24,000 nucleotides of DNA from Marinococcus luteus. GTDB lineage: Bacteria > Bacillota > Bacilli > Bacillales > Marinococcaceae. The notes under the pieces are model-generated. The model ran no database searches. It worked only from the letters and a program-made list of their open reading frames with translations, and was not told the DNA's origin. Shown piece after piece: positions 16,664 to 24,000 of this stretch (positions are counted from its first letter, which is position 1; each line of letters begins with the position of its first letter). The DNA is taken from the NCBI RefSeq assembly GCF_900106595.1, contig NZ_FNNC01000004.1, positions 124,305-148,304 of the forward strand, read 5' to 3'. A program made the translations under genes and the position numbers.

Positions 16664-17845
16664 TTACTGGTTTTTGTGGTGGGCAAAGAAATAATTTTTT
16701 GAATGATAGCGCACACTCATTACGATGCCTAAAATAAACATGGTCCCGACGAGCGAGCTTCCTCCGTAACTGAGAAGCGGAAGCGTAAAACCGGTGACCG
16801 GAAGAAGACCAAGGCTTTGCCCGATATTTTGAAATACCTGAAAAGCAAACAATCCAATAACACCCGCACAAATGTATTTGCCGTATGCGTTATGCGACCG
16901 CATGCTGATCAGAAGAATCTGGTACAGCAGCACAAAATAAAGTGTAATAACCATAGCTCCGCCCAGAAAACCGTGCACAGAGCCGACAACAGCAAAAATG
17001 AAATCCGTGTGGGCTTCCGGAATATACACCTGATCCCCGTCGTTGCCAAACAACCTTCCGGAACCGATAGCCGTCAATGCTCTTGCTGTTTGAAAACCAG
17101 CGTCCTGATTTTCAAACGGGTTCAGCCATCCCTGGATTCTGCTCACCTGATAAGGATCCATATTGGAAAATACAAACCGCTCCATCAAATTAGGAAACTG
17201 GAAAAAAGAAATGACAAATCCAAGTATTGCTAAAAGCGGGCCACCGATAGCTACTGCCAATATTTTATAGGAAATACCCGAGACCACTAAAAGAGAAACG
17301 AAAATAGCTCCTACGAGCATGACACTCCCCATGTCCGGCTGTGTGGCCAGAAGCAGAATGACGGGAAGGGTCGGCAGAAACATTTTCCCTATAAGTATAA
17401 AATCAGAGCGCATGTTTTTGCTTCCACTGTACTCTGTATGGTGATTATAAATGATGGCGCTGAGCGTCAAAATCAGAAAAATTCTCATAAATTCTGCCGG
17501 CTGAAACTGGCCGAGACCCGGTATTACATACCATGACTGCGCCCCATTAATCACTGGAGCAATGCTTGCCGGAGCGACCAACAGGCCTGCTAAAAGAGCC
17601 AGTCCAAAAGCATATAAAAACCAGTGAAGTACCAGATAATACTCAAAATCAAAATGTAGAACCACCATCATAATGGCAAAAGCCAGGACGAAAAAAATAA
17701 TCTGCTGAATCATAAAATTGCCTTCGTATTGTCCGAGCTGCTGAGCCTGAAAAATATAGAAACAGCTGACTACTGCGAACAAAAACAATACAAACATCAT
17801 ATTGATATCATACTGTTTTTCTTCGGTCGATTGATGTAAACTCAT
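16664..17845 (-). CDS. rodA: FtsW/RodA/SpoVE family (SEDS) protein, RodA-like
   Basis: 393 aa; NGAQSWYVIPGLGQFQPAEFMRIFLIL, FQNIGQSLGLLPVTGFTLPLLSYGGSSLVG. Confidence 0.9.
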   Translation of the reverse strand: MSLHQSTEEKQYDINMMFVLFLFAVVSCFYIFQAQQLGQYEGNFMIQQIIFFVLAFAIMMVVLHFDFEYYLVLHWFLYAFGLALLAGLLVAPASIAPVINGAQSWYVIPGLGQFQPAEFMRIFLILTLSAIIYNHHTEYSGSKNMRSDFILIGKMFLPTLPVILLLATQPDMGSVMLVGAIFVSLLVVSGISYKILAVAIGGPLLAILGFVISFFQFPNLMERFVFSNMDPYQVSRIQGWLNPFENQDAGFQTARALTAIGSGRLFGNDGDQVYIPEAHTDFIFAVVGSVHGFLGGAMVITLYFVLLYQILLISMRSHNAYGKYICAGVIGLFAFQVFQNIGQSLGLLPVTGFTLPLLSYGGSSLVGTMFILGIVMSVRYHSKNYFFAHHKNQ

Positions 17846-18002
17846 GGAAGCATGTCCCCATTATATAAAATTTCGAACGCACGCTGCCTGGCGTCGCTGT
17901 TAACATCATACCTTGTTCTATCTGCGGCGTACAGTCCTGTGACTATATTTCCCCTGTCCGTTTCCTTCTTTAATTTACGTTTCACTCATAACAAAAAGGA
18001 CT

Positions 18003-18025
18003 CTTTCTCCTATAGTAAAGGAGAA
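18003..18025 (-). terminator. Terminator-like inverted repeat downstream of cheW
   Basis: TTCTCCT-7nt-AGGAGAA; on the minus strand a short T-run follows 7 nt later. Weak. Confidence 0.4.
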
Positions 18026-18037
18026 CAGCCCCGGGAA

Positions 18038-18490
18038 TCAAACAGACGCCGTTTCCAGAGATTCGGCTACTGCGTGAACATTTAAAAGAGTAAATATGCG
18101 GCTTTCTTTCTTGATCACGTTTTTTAAATACATCTGTTCTTCTTTCGACGCCGCCTGAGGAGGCGCCACGACTTCACTTTCAAACACGTCCATCACATCG
18201 TTTGCTGCGTCAACTATAAGACCGGCATGATTGCCTTCAAGAGCTAAAATTAAAATCCGGGTTTCTTCTGTATAAGGAACTTCTTCATAGGAGAGCCTTT
18301 TTCGAAGATCTATGATCGGGATAATGACGCCCCGCAAATTAATGACGCCGCGTATACTTTTTTCAGCATTTGGTATACGGATGAAATTCTGCATCCGTTC
18401 AATCGACTGGACATGATTTACTTCAACCCCGTATTCTTCGGCCTCCAATCGGAATATAATGACTTTTTTCACAGCATTTTCTTCCGTCAT
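18038..18490 (-). CDS. cheW: Chemotaxis coupling protein CheW
   Basis: 150 aa; KVIIFRLEAEEYGVEVNHVQSIERMQNFIRIPNAEKSIRGVINLRGVIIPIIDLRKRL. Confidence 0.95.
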   Translation of the reverse strand: MTEENAVKKVIIFRLEAEEYGVEVNHVQSIERMQNFIRIPNAEKSIRGVINLRGVIIPIIDLRKRLSYEEVPYTEETRILILALEGNHAGLIVDAANDVMDVFESEVVAPPQAASKEEQMYLKNVIKKESRIFTLLNVHAVAESLETASV

Positions 18491-18502
18491 AATACTTCCT
18501 CC

Positions 18503-20473
18503 TTACAATAGAGCATTTGTCTCTACAATTAATGCTACATTACCATCTCCAAGAATCGTCGCTCCTGATATGGCGCGTACGTCCCGCAGGTAATGGCCGA
18601 GTGATTTCAATACGACATCCTGCTGGCCAATAAAACTGTCGACAACCAGAGCGGCCATCTTTTCTCCTTTATGCACGACTACGACAGAGTAATTTTCACG
18701 GTCCCACTCCCGCTCCACCGGGACTTCAAATACATCCTCCAAAAACATCACCGGAATAATATTTCCGCGAAAATCGATCATTTTCCGCTTGTGCACATAA
18801 AAAATGCTGCTGCTCTTAATACTTGCTGTCTCTACGATAGAAGTAAGCGGCAGTCCGTAATGATCTTCACCTACATCAACAAGCATCACATCAATAATCG
18901 ACAGGGTCAGGGGAAGCTGAATACTGAACCTGGTTCCTCTTCCTTTTTCAGAATGCACGCTGATGACGCCGCCAAGTGATTCAAACGTATTCTTTACTAC
19001 GTCCAGACCAACCCCGCGTCCTGACAGATCAGTCACTTCATCAACGGTGCTGAAGCCTGCTGAAAAAATGAATTGATGAACGTCGTAATCCGTAAGCGTA
19101 TCAGCATCTTCGGCAGCTATTACTTCATTTTCCACGGCCTTTTTGAGCACACGTTCACGGTCGATTCCGCCGCCGTCATCCTCAATTTCAATATACACAT
19201 GATTGCCGCTGTGATAAGCACGCAGCTCGACATGACCCTCTTCCGGCTTGCCGTCCCGCTTTCTCTTTTCCGGCATTTCAATTCCATGGTCGATCGAATT
19301 TCGTATAAGGTGAACGAGCGGATCGCCGATTTCATCGATAATAGAACGATCAAGTTCTGTCTCTGCACCAATGACTTCAAGCCCGATTTTTTTACCAAGA
19401 TCTCTCGACAGGCTGCGCACCATTTTCGGGAAACGACTGAATACCTGATCGACCGGGACCATCCGCATATGTAAAATAATTTCCTGCAGGCTCCCGGTTG
19501 TCCGTGACATTCTTTCGACTGTTTCTGTCAACTCACTGCTTCGTATTTCCCCGGATATACGCTCGAGGCGTCCCCGGTCGATAACCAGCTCTTCAAAAAG
19601 GTTCATCAATTTATCCAGCCGGTCGATATTGACCCGGATGGTTTTGTTCGTTTCTGTACGCTTACGATCCGGCGAGCTGACTTCTTTTGCATCCGGAGAC
19701 GGTGCTTTTTCCAAACTTTCCTGGTTGTCTGTGGTCGTCGTTATTTCAATTACCTCTGCCACCACTGTTTCGATTTCCGAAATAGAAGCCACCCGGTTGA
19801 TCAGCTCTTCTTTTGCAGCGGTTGTTACTACTGCTGCGGTAAATTCGTTATTAAATCGCTCCGCTTCAATATCTGAAGCTTCCGGCACTGATTTAATAAC
19901 GTGACCGTCTGCTTCAAGAGCTTCAAATACCATATAGGCACGTGCTGCTTTTAACATGGCGTTTTCCTCAAGGGTGACTTGCACCGCATATGCCTGCATG
20001 CCGCTTTCCACGGACTGTGCGATCACTGCCCGGTCGTATTCATTCCAATCCATATTGATACTGGTCTTTTCTTTTGTTTCCTGCTCTGCCTCAGGCCGCG
20101 TGCTTTGGCCAAGCAGCTTTGCCGTAATAGCCTGTATATCCTTTTTCCCCTCACCGCCGGAAGCAATATCCTCTACAATCTCTTCGGCAACATCTGCTGC
20201 TTCAAGCAGTACATCCATTGTTTCCGTATCTGCGAGTTTCGTTTTTTCACGCATTTGGTCGAGAACATTTTCGAGGGCGTGCGTAACATTCGTTAAATCC
20301 TCATATCCCATCGTTCCGGCCATGCCTTTCATGGTATGGGCCGAACGAAAAATTTCCCCAATGATCGTTTCATCCTCCGGCTGCTTTTCGAGTTCCAGCA
20401 GATGAACGTTAATCGCCTGAATGTGCTCCTGGCTTTCTTCAATAAACATATCCAAATATTCTGTATGGCTCAT
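18503..20473 (-). CDS. cheA: Chemotaxis histidine kinase CheA
   Basis: Start placed at MSHTEYLDMFIEESQEH; HPt IFRSAHTMKGMAGTMGYEDL, P2-like domain, dimerisation domain, ATPase LVHLIRNSIDHGIE and GRGVGLDVVKNT, C-terminal CheW-like domain. Confidence 0.95.
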   Translation of the reverse strand: MSHTEYLDMFIEESQEHIQAINVHLLELEKQPEDETIIGEIFRSAHTMKGMAGTMGYEDLTNVTHALENVLDQMREKTKLADTETMDVLLEAADVAEEIVEDIASGGEGKKDIQAITAKLLGQSTRPEAEQETKEKTSINMDWNEYDRAVIAQSVESGMQAYAVQVTLEENAMLKAARAYMVFEALEADGHVIKSVPEASDIEAERFNNEFTAAVVTTAAKEELINRVASISEIETVVAEVIEITTTTDNQESLEKAPSPDAKEVSSPDRKRTETNKTIRVNIDRLDKLMNLFEELVIDRGRLERISGEIRSSELTETVERMSRTTGSLQEIILHMRMVPVDQVFSRFPKMVRSLSRDLGKKIGLEVIGAETELDRSIIDEIGDPLVHLIRNSIDHGIEMPEKRKRDGKPEEGHVELRAYHSGNHVYIEIEDDGGGIDRERVLKKAVENEVIAAEDADTLTDYDVHQFIFSAGFSTVDEVTDLSGRGVGLDVVKNTFESLGGVISVHSEKGRGTRFSIQLPLTLSIIDVMLVDVGEDHYGLPLTSIVETASIKSSSIFYVHKRKMIDFRGNIIPVMFLEDVFEVPVEREWDRENYSVVVVHKGEKMAALVVDSFIGQQDVVLKSLGHYLRDVRAISGATILGDGNVALIVETNALL

Positions 20474-20537
20474 GCCCGTACCTCCGCCTTTTGAACTCAA
20501 TACTAATTGATAGTGCACTGTCGCTTCTTCTCTTTTT

Positions 20538-20564
20538 ATATCGACAGGCGGGAGCAGGTATTTG
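20538..20564 (-). promoter_or_regulatory. Candidate sigma-D promoter (CAAA-N15-GTCGATAT) upstream of cheA
   Basis: Minus strand CAAATACCTGCTCCCGCCTGTCGATAT; consensus TAAA-N15-GCCGATAT, 10 of 12 positions match. Confidence 0.55.
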
Positions 20565-20644
20565 AGATAACATCCGGTTAAATTTTTTCTTTTAGGGAGT
20601 TCATTCAATTGACTGCGTGTCTGCAAAAGGACTTAGGAAAGTAT

Positions 20645-20671
20645 AAAAAGTCCCCACCCTCAGGTGGAGAC
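20645..20671 (-). terminator. Rho-independent terminator of the pst-phoU operon
   Basis: Minus strand GTCTCCACC-TGAG-GGTGGGGAC followed by TTTTT. Confidence 0.8.
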
Positions 20672-20684
20672 CTCCTGTACATGT

Positions 20685-21341
20685 TTAGTTTAAATCAAAA
20701 TGATGTCCGTTTACTTCATAGACAACCCATTCTGCCAGATTAGTCGTATGGTCTGCGAACCGCTCGATATATCGGCCGATGAAAGACAGCTGAGTAATAT
20801 CTTCCAGCAGCACTTCATCAGCATTTTGCCGAAGCTGTTTCTGGATAAACAATTTGTATTTACTGTCCACATGATCGTCTAACGAAGCAACACGCTGGGC
20901 ATGCATCAATTCCTGATTTTCATATGCTTCCATCGCCTGGTCAAACATCTGCTTGGCGATTTCCGCCATATCAATTAACTGGTCGATATCCTCGCGGCTT
21001 CTATTTTCACTCAGCCTAGATGAAGCTTTTGCAATATCCACCGCGATATCTGCCATCCGCTCGAGGTCACTAGCCATTTTTAAAGCCACGATACACCGGC
21101 GCAGGTCTGTAGCCACCGGCTGCTGCTTGGCAATAGTCAGTGTTGCAGCATCCATGATTTTAAGCTCCATGGAATTAATATTTTTATCATCGGTAACAAT
21201 CTCCCGGGCTAGTGACTGATTATCGTTGGTTTTTAACGCGAGCAGTGATTGGTCGAAAGCATACTTTACATATTTGCCCATGTTGAGTATTTCCTGCTTT
21301 AAATACGTCAAATCCTGCTCGTACGCCTTTCGAACGCCCAT
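20685..21341 (-). CDS. phoU: Phosphate signalling complex protein PhoU
   Basis: MGVRKAYEQDLTYLKQEILNMGKYVKYAFDQSLLAL...ELKIMDAATLTIAKQQPVATDLRRCIVALKMASDLERMADIAVDIA. Start placed after GAGGCGGG. Confidence 0.94.
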   Translation of the reverse strand: MGVRKAYEQDLTYLKQEILNMGKYVKYAFDQSLLALKTNDNQSLAREIVTDDKNINSMELKIMDAATLTIAKQQPVATDLRRCIVALKMASDLERMADIAVDIAKASSRLSENRSREDIDQLIDMAEIAKQMFDQAMEAYENQELMHAQRVASLDDHVDSKYKLFIQKQLRQNADEVLLEDITQLSFIGRYIERFADHTTNLAEWVVYEVNGHHFDLN

Positions 21342-21363
21342 TATCCCGCCTCTTTCTTCCGGA

Positions 21364-22137
21364 TCAGCCGAACCTGCCGGAAATATAATCTTCCGTTTCT
21401 TTTTTCGCCGGCGAAGAAAAGATTTTATCTGTTTGATCATATTCTACAATAACACCGTTCAAAAAGAAGGCAGTATTATCTGAAATACGGGCTGCCTGCT
21501 GCATATTGTGGGTAACAATGACGATCGTGTAGTCTTTTTTCAGCTCCTGGATCAGTTCTTCAATCTTCAGCGTAGAAATTGGATCCAGTGCAGAAGTAGG
21601 CTCATCCATTAAAATGATGTCAGGTTCAATTGCCAGGCAGCGGGCGATACAAAGACGCTGCTGCTGGCCGCCGGAAAGTCCGAAAGCATTTTCTTTCAGC
21701 CGGTCTTTTGTTTCGTCCCAGATAGCCGCTTTTTTCAGGCTTTTTTCCACGATTTCATCAAGCGTCTTTTTATCTTTGATGCCATGAATTTTCGGACCGT
21801 ATATTACATTTTCATAAATTGATTTGGGAAATGGGTTCGGATTTTGAAACACCATTCCTACTTTAGTACGAAGGTACTCGACACTAAAATCCTTTGCAAA
21901 AATCTCGTTTTCCCGATACTTGATGGAACCATTCGTCTTTACAATCGGATTCATTTCAGTCATCCGGTTTAAGGTTTTAATAAATGTTGATTTCCCGCAG
22001 CCCGAAGGACCGATAATGGCTGTTACAGACTTTTCCGGAATCTCCATCGAAATATCCTGAAGCGCGTGATTATCAGCGTACCAGAGGTTCAACTGCTCTA
22101 CGTTATAGGCAAGCGGCGCTTTTTCCTCTGTATTCAT
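21364..22137 (-). CDS. pstB: Phosphate ABC transporter ATP-binding protein; alternative start at 22182
   Basis: [19 protein letters not shown] (Walker A), [36 protein letters not shown] (signature and Walker B). Confidence 0.95.
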   Translation of the reverse strand: MNTEEKAPLAYNVEQLNLWYADNHALQDISMEIPEKSVTAIIGPSGCGKSTFIKTLNRMTEMNPIVKTNGSIKYRENEIFAKDFSVEYLRTKVGMVFQNPNPFPKSIYENVIYGPKIHGIKDKKTLDEIVEKSLKKAAIWDETKDRLKENAFGLSGGQQQRLCIARCLAIEPDIILMDEPTSALDPISTLKIEELIQELKKDYTIVIVTHNMQQAARISDNTAFFLNGVIVEYDQTDKIFSSPAKKETEDYISGRFG

Positions 22138-22210
22138 GGTTTTATTTCCTTCTCCTGAACGGTTTTCATGCTTAGTTTGCATCTGGCTTCCCCTTTCTTT
22201 GGTACCTATA

Positions 22211-23110
22211 TTAAAAACGTTTTTGGAATTTAGTCCGGATGAATACGGCAATTGAGTTCATGAAAAAGAGCATCAGCAGTATGATAATAATTCCTGCCGC
22301 CGCAATGTTTTGAAATTCCTCCTGTGGACGTCCGGTCCAGTCATAAATCTGAACTGGCATCGCAGTAAAGTTTGAAAACAGATCTGACGGTGTGGAAGCA
22401 ACATATGTCAGTGCACCAATTACCAGGATTGGGGCTGTCTCACCAATCGCCCGCGAGAGTGCCAAAATAGTACCTGTCAGTATTCCCGGAAGAGATGTAG
22501 GAATAACAATTCTGAAGATTGTCTGCCATTTAGTTGCTCCCATCGCGTAGGAGGCCTGTTTAACGTCTGTCGGAACCGCATTAATAGCCTCCCTGGAGGC
22601 GACAACGATAATAGGAAGAACAAGCAGGGACAGCGTCAGTCCCCCTGCCAAAACGCTCGCTCCCAAACCCAGGAGACGGTTGAAAATCGTAAGCCCCAAA
22701 AGCCCGAACACAACAGACGGGACACCGGCAAGATTGGAAATGTTCGTTTGAAGCAGCTTGGTAAATCTGTTTACAGGAGCGTATTCCTCCATATAAACAG
22801 CGGTGCCAACGCCTAAAACAAAAGAAAGCGGTGCTGCTACAACCATCAGCCAAATTGTCCCTGCCAGCGCAGCCAGCATTCCTGCGTCTTCAGCGTTTCT
22901 TGAAGCAAAGTTTACGATAAGGTCCCAGCTTAAAAAACCAATTCCTTGAGTGAGTATTCGTATGAGCAATACGATAAGCATCAGTATGCTAAAAGCCATC
23001 GCTCCGAAACAAATGCCTTTAAACGCCTTATTCCAAATATGCCTTTTGCTCAGCCGCTGAGTATTTTCTTCGTATCTTTCATTAGATACTGTTGTATCTG
23101 CAAATTTCAT
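22211..23110 (-). CDS. pstA: Phosphate ABC transporter permease PstA
   Basis: 299 aa; [62 protein letters not shown]. Confidence 0.94.
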   Translation of the reverse strand: MKFADTTVSNERYEENTQRLSKRHIWNKAFKGICFGAMAFSILMLIVLLIRILTQGIGFLSWDLIVNFASRNAEDAGMLAALAGTIWLMVVAAPLSFVLGVGTAVYMEEYAPVNRFTKLLQTNISNLAGVPSVVFGLLGLTIFNRLLGLGASVLAGGLTLSLLVLPIIVVASREAINAVPTDVKQASYAMGATKWQTIFRIVIPTSLPGILTGTILALSRAIGETAPILVIGALTYVASTPSDLFSNFTAMPVQIYDWTGRPQEEFQNIAAAGIIIILLMLFFMNSIAVFIRTKFQKRF

Positions 23111-24000
23111 TTAGTAATCCTCCCGGAATCGTCGAGAAATGTAATGAGCCAACAGGTTCATCGCCAGAGTAAATACAAACAATGTCATACCGACAGCATA
23201 AATACTGTAATAGATCGGCGTTCCAAAACCAGCGTCTCCTTTAACTACCTGCACAATGTACGCTGTCATTGTCTGCACCGCCCCTGTCGGGTCGATTCCC
23301 ATGCCCGGGCTGGCACCACCTGCCACTGACACGATCATTGTCTCCCCGATCGCACGTGAAATGCCAAGGACGAAGGAGGCAATGACGCCCGATAAAGCTG
23401 CCGGCAAAACTACTTTCACGGTTACTTCCATACGCGTGGCTCCTAAAGCGAAAGCCCCTTCCCGGATCGAATTGGGCACCGAACTCATCGCATCCTCTGA
23501 AAGGCTCGCAATCATTGGAATAATCATTACGCCTATTATAATCCCTGGGCTCAATGCGTTGAAAACGTCCAACCCGGGTATAACAGCCCTTAGAATCGGT
23601 GTCACAAAAGTAAGAGCAAAAAAACCATAAACAATAGTTGGAATACCAGCCAATACTTCTAAAACTGGTTTAACAGTTTTGCGGACTTTTTCTGACGCAT
23701 ACTCACTCAAATAAATGGCGGCACCCAGTCCGAACGGAATGGCTACCATCATGGCAATACCGGCGACCAATAACGTGCCATTGACTAACGGCCAGATACC
23801 GTACTGCGGCTCCGAAAAGAATGGATACCATTCAGTGGAAGCAAAAAAATCAGCAAACGGCACACCACGGAAAAAGGTCACTGTTTCAAACAATAACGTA
23901 AACACAATACCCAAAGTCGTTAATATCGAAATAATTGCACACAATAAAAAGACGGCCGGCATCAGCTTTTCCATAAAGCTCGAAGAACCGGAGCCCTTTG
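23111..24000 (-). CDS. pstC: Phosphate ABC transporter permease PstC, N-terminus beyond right edge
   Basis: [65 protein letters not shown]-type permease motifs. The frame is open upstream of the Met at 23974 ([12 protein letters not shown]) to the window end, so the true start is probably outside. Confidence 0.92.
   Translation of the reverse strand, partial: KGSGSSSFMEKLMPAVFLLCAIISILTTLGIVFTLLFETVTFFRGVPFADFFASTEWYPFFSEPQYGIWPLVNGTLLVAGIAMMVAIPFGLGAAIYLSEYASEKVRKTVKPVLEVLAGIPTIVYGFFALTFVTPILRAVIPGLDVFNALSPGIIIGVMIIPMIASLSEDAMSSVPNSIREGAFALGATRMEVTVKVVLPAALSGVIASFVLGISRAIGETMIVSVAGGASPGMGIDPTGAVQTMTAYIVQVVKGDAGFGTPIYYSIYAVGMTLFVFTLAMNLLAHYISRRFREDY

Noticed and set aside
19073-19474. 133-aa and neighbouring plus-strand ORFs (18671-20405).
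   Set aside because: Antisense shadows of cheA; low-complexity translations.
23256-23630. 124-aa plus-strand ORF.
   Set aside because: Antisense to pstC.
1-24000. Mobile elements, CRISPR arrays, toxin-antitoxin, secondary-metabolite or defence systems.
   Set aside because: No transposase, integrase, Cas-like or phage structural protein, no regularly spaced repeats and no tRNA-flanked island boundaries were seen. The gene content is conserved housekeeping.

Overview
This 24 kb window looks like ordinary Bacillaceae-type (Firmicutes) core chromosome. I find no transposon, prophage, CRISPR array, toxin-antitoxin or defence cassette, and I do not claim a new biological system. Left to right it contains: a biotin carboxylase (accC-like) gene cut by the left edge; an amidinotransferase/DDAH-like gene with a pterin-4a-carbinolamine dehydratase; a stress-type cluster (YdaT-like DUF2188, DUF948 and YtxH-like, YdaP-like pyruvate oxidase); the queC-D-E-F operon; dCTP deaminase; an IDEAL-domain protein; a YhjD-like protein; KtrA/KtrC; NsrR; MgtE behind an M-box Mg2+ riboswitch; an LCP-family protein; a CPBP protease; an SDR-like oxidoreductase; a DUF1659-DUF2922-YvrJ trio; an FtsW/RodA protein; a cheA-cheW pair; and phoU-pstB-pstA-pstC, with pstC cut by the right edge. 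The observations most worth checking are regulatory or contextual: a sigma-D-like promoter before the isolated cheA-cheW pair, two matched inverted repeats upstream of nsrR, a perfect inverted repeat over the mgtE -10 element, sigma-B-like promoters on several stress-type genes, the DUF1659/DUF2922/YvrJ trio of unknown function, and an unexplained in-frame extension or leader upstream of the IDEAL-domain gene.
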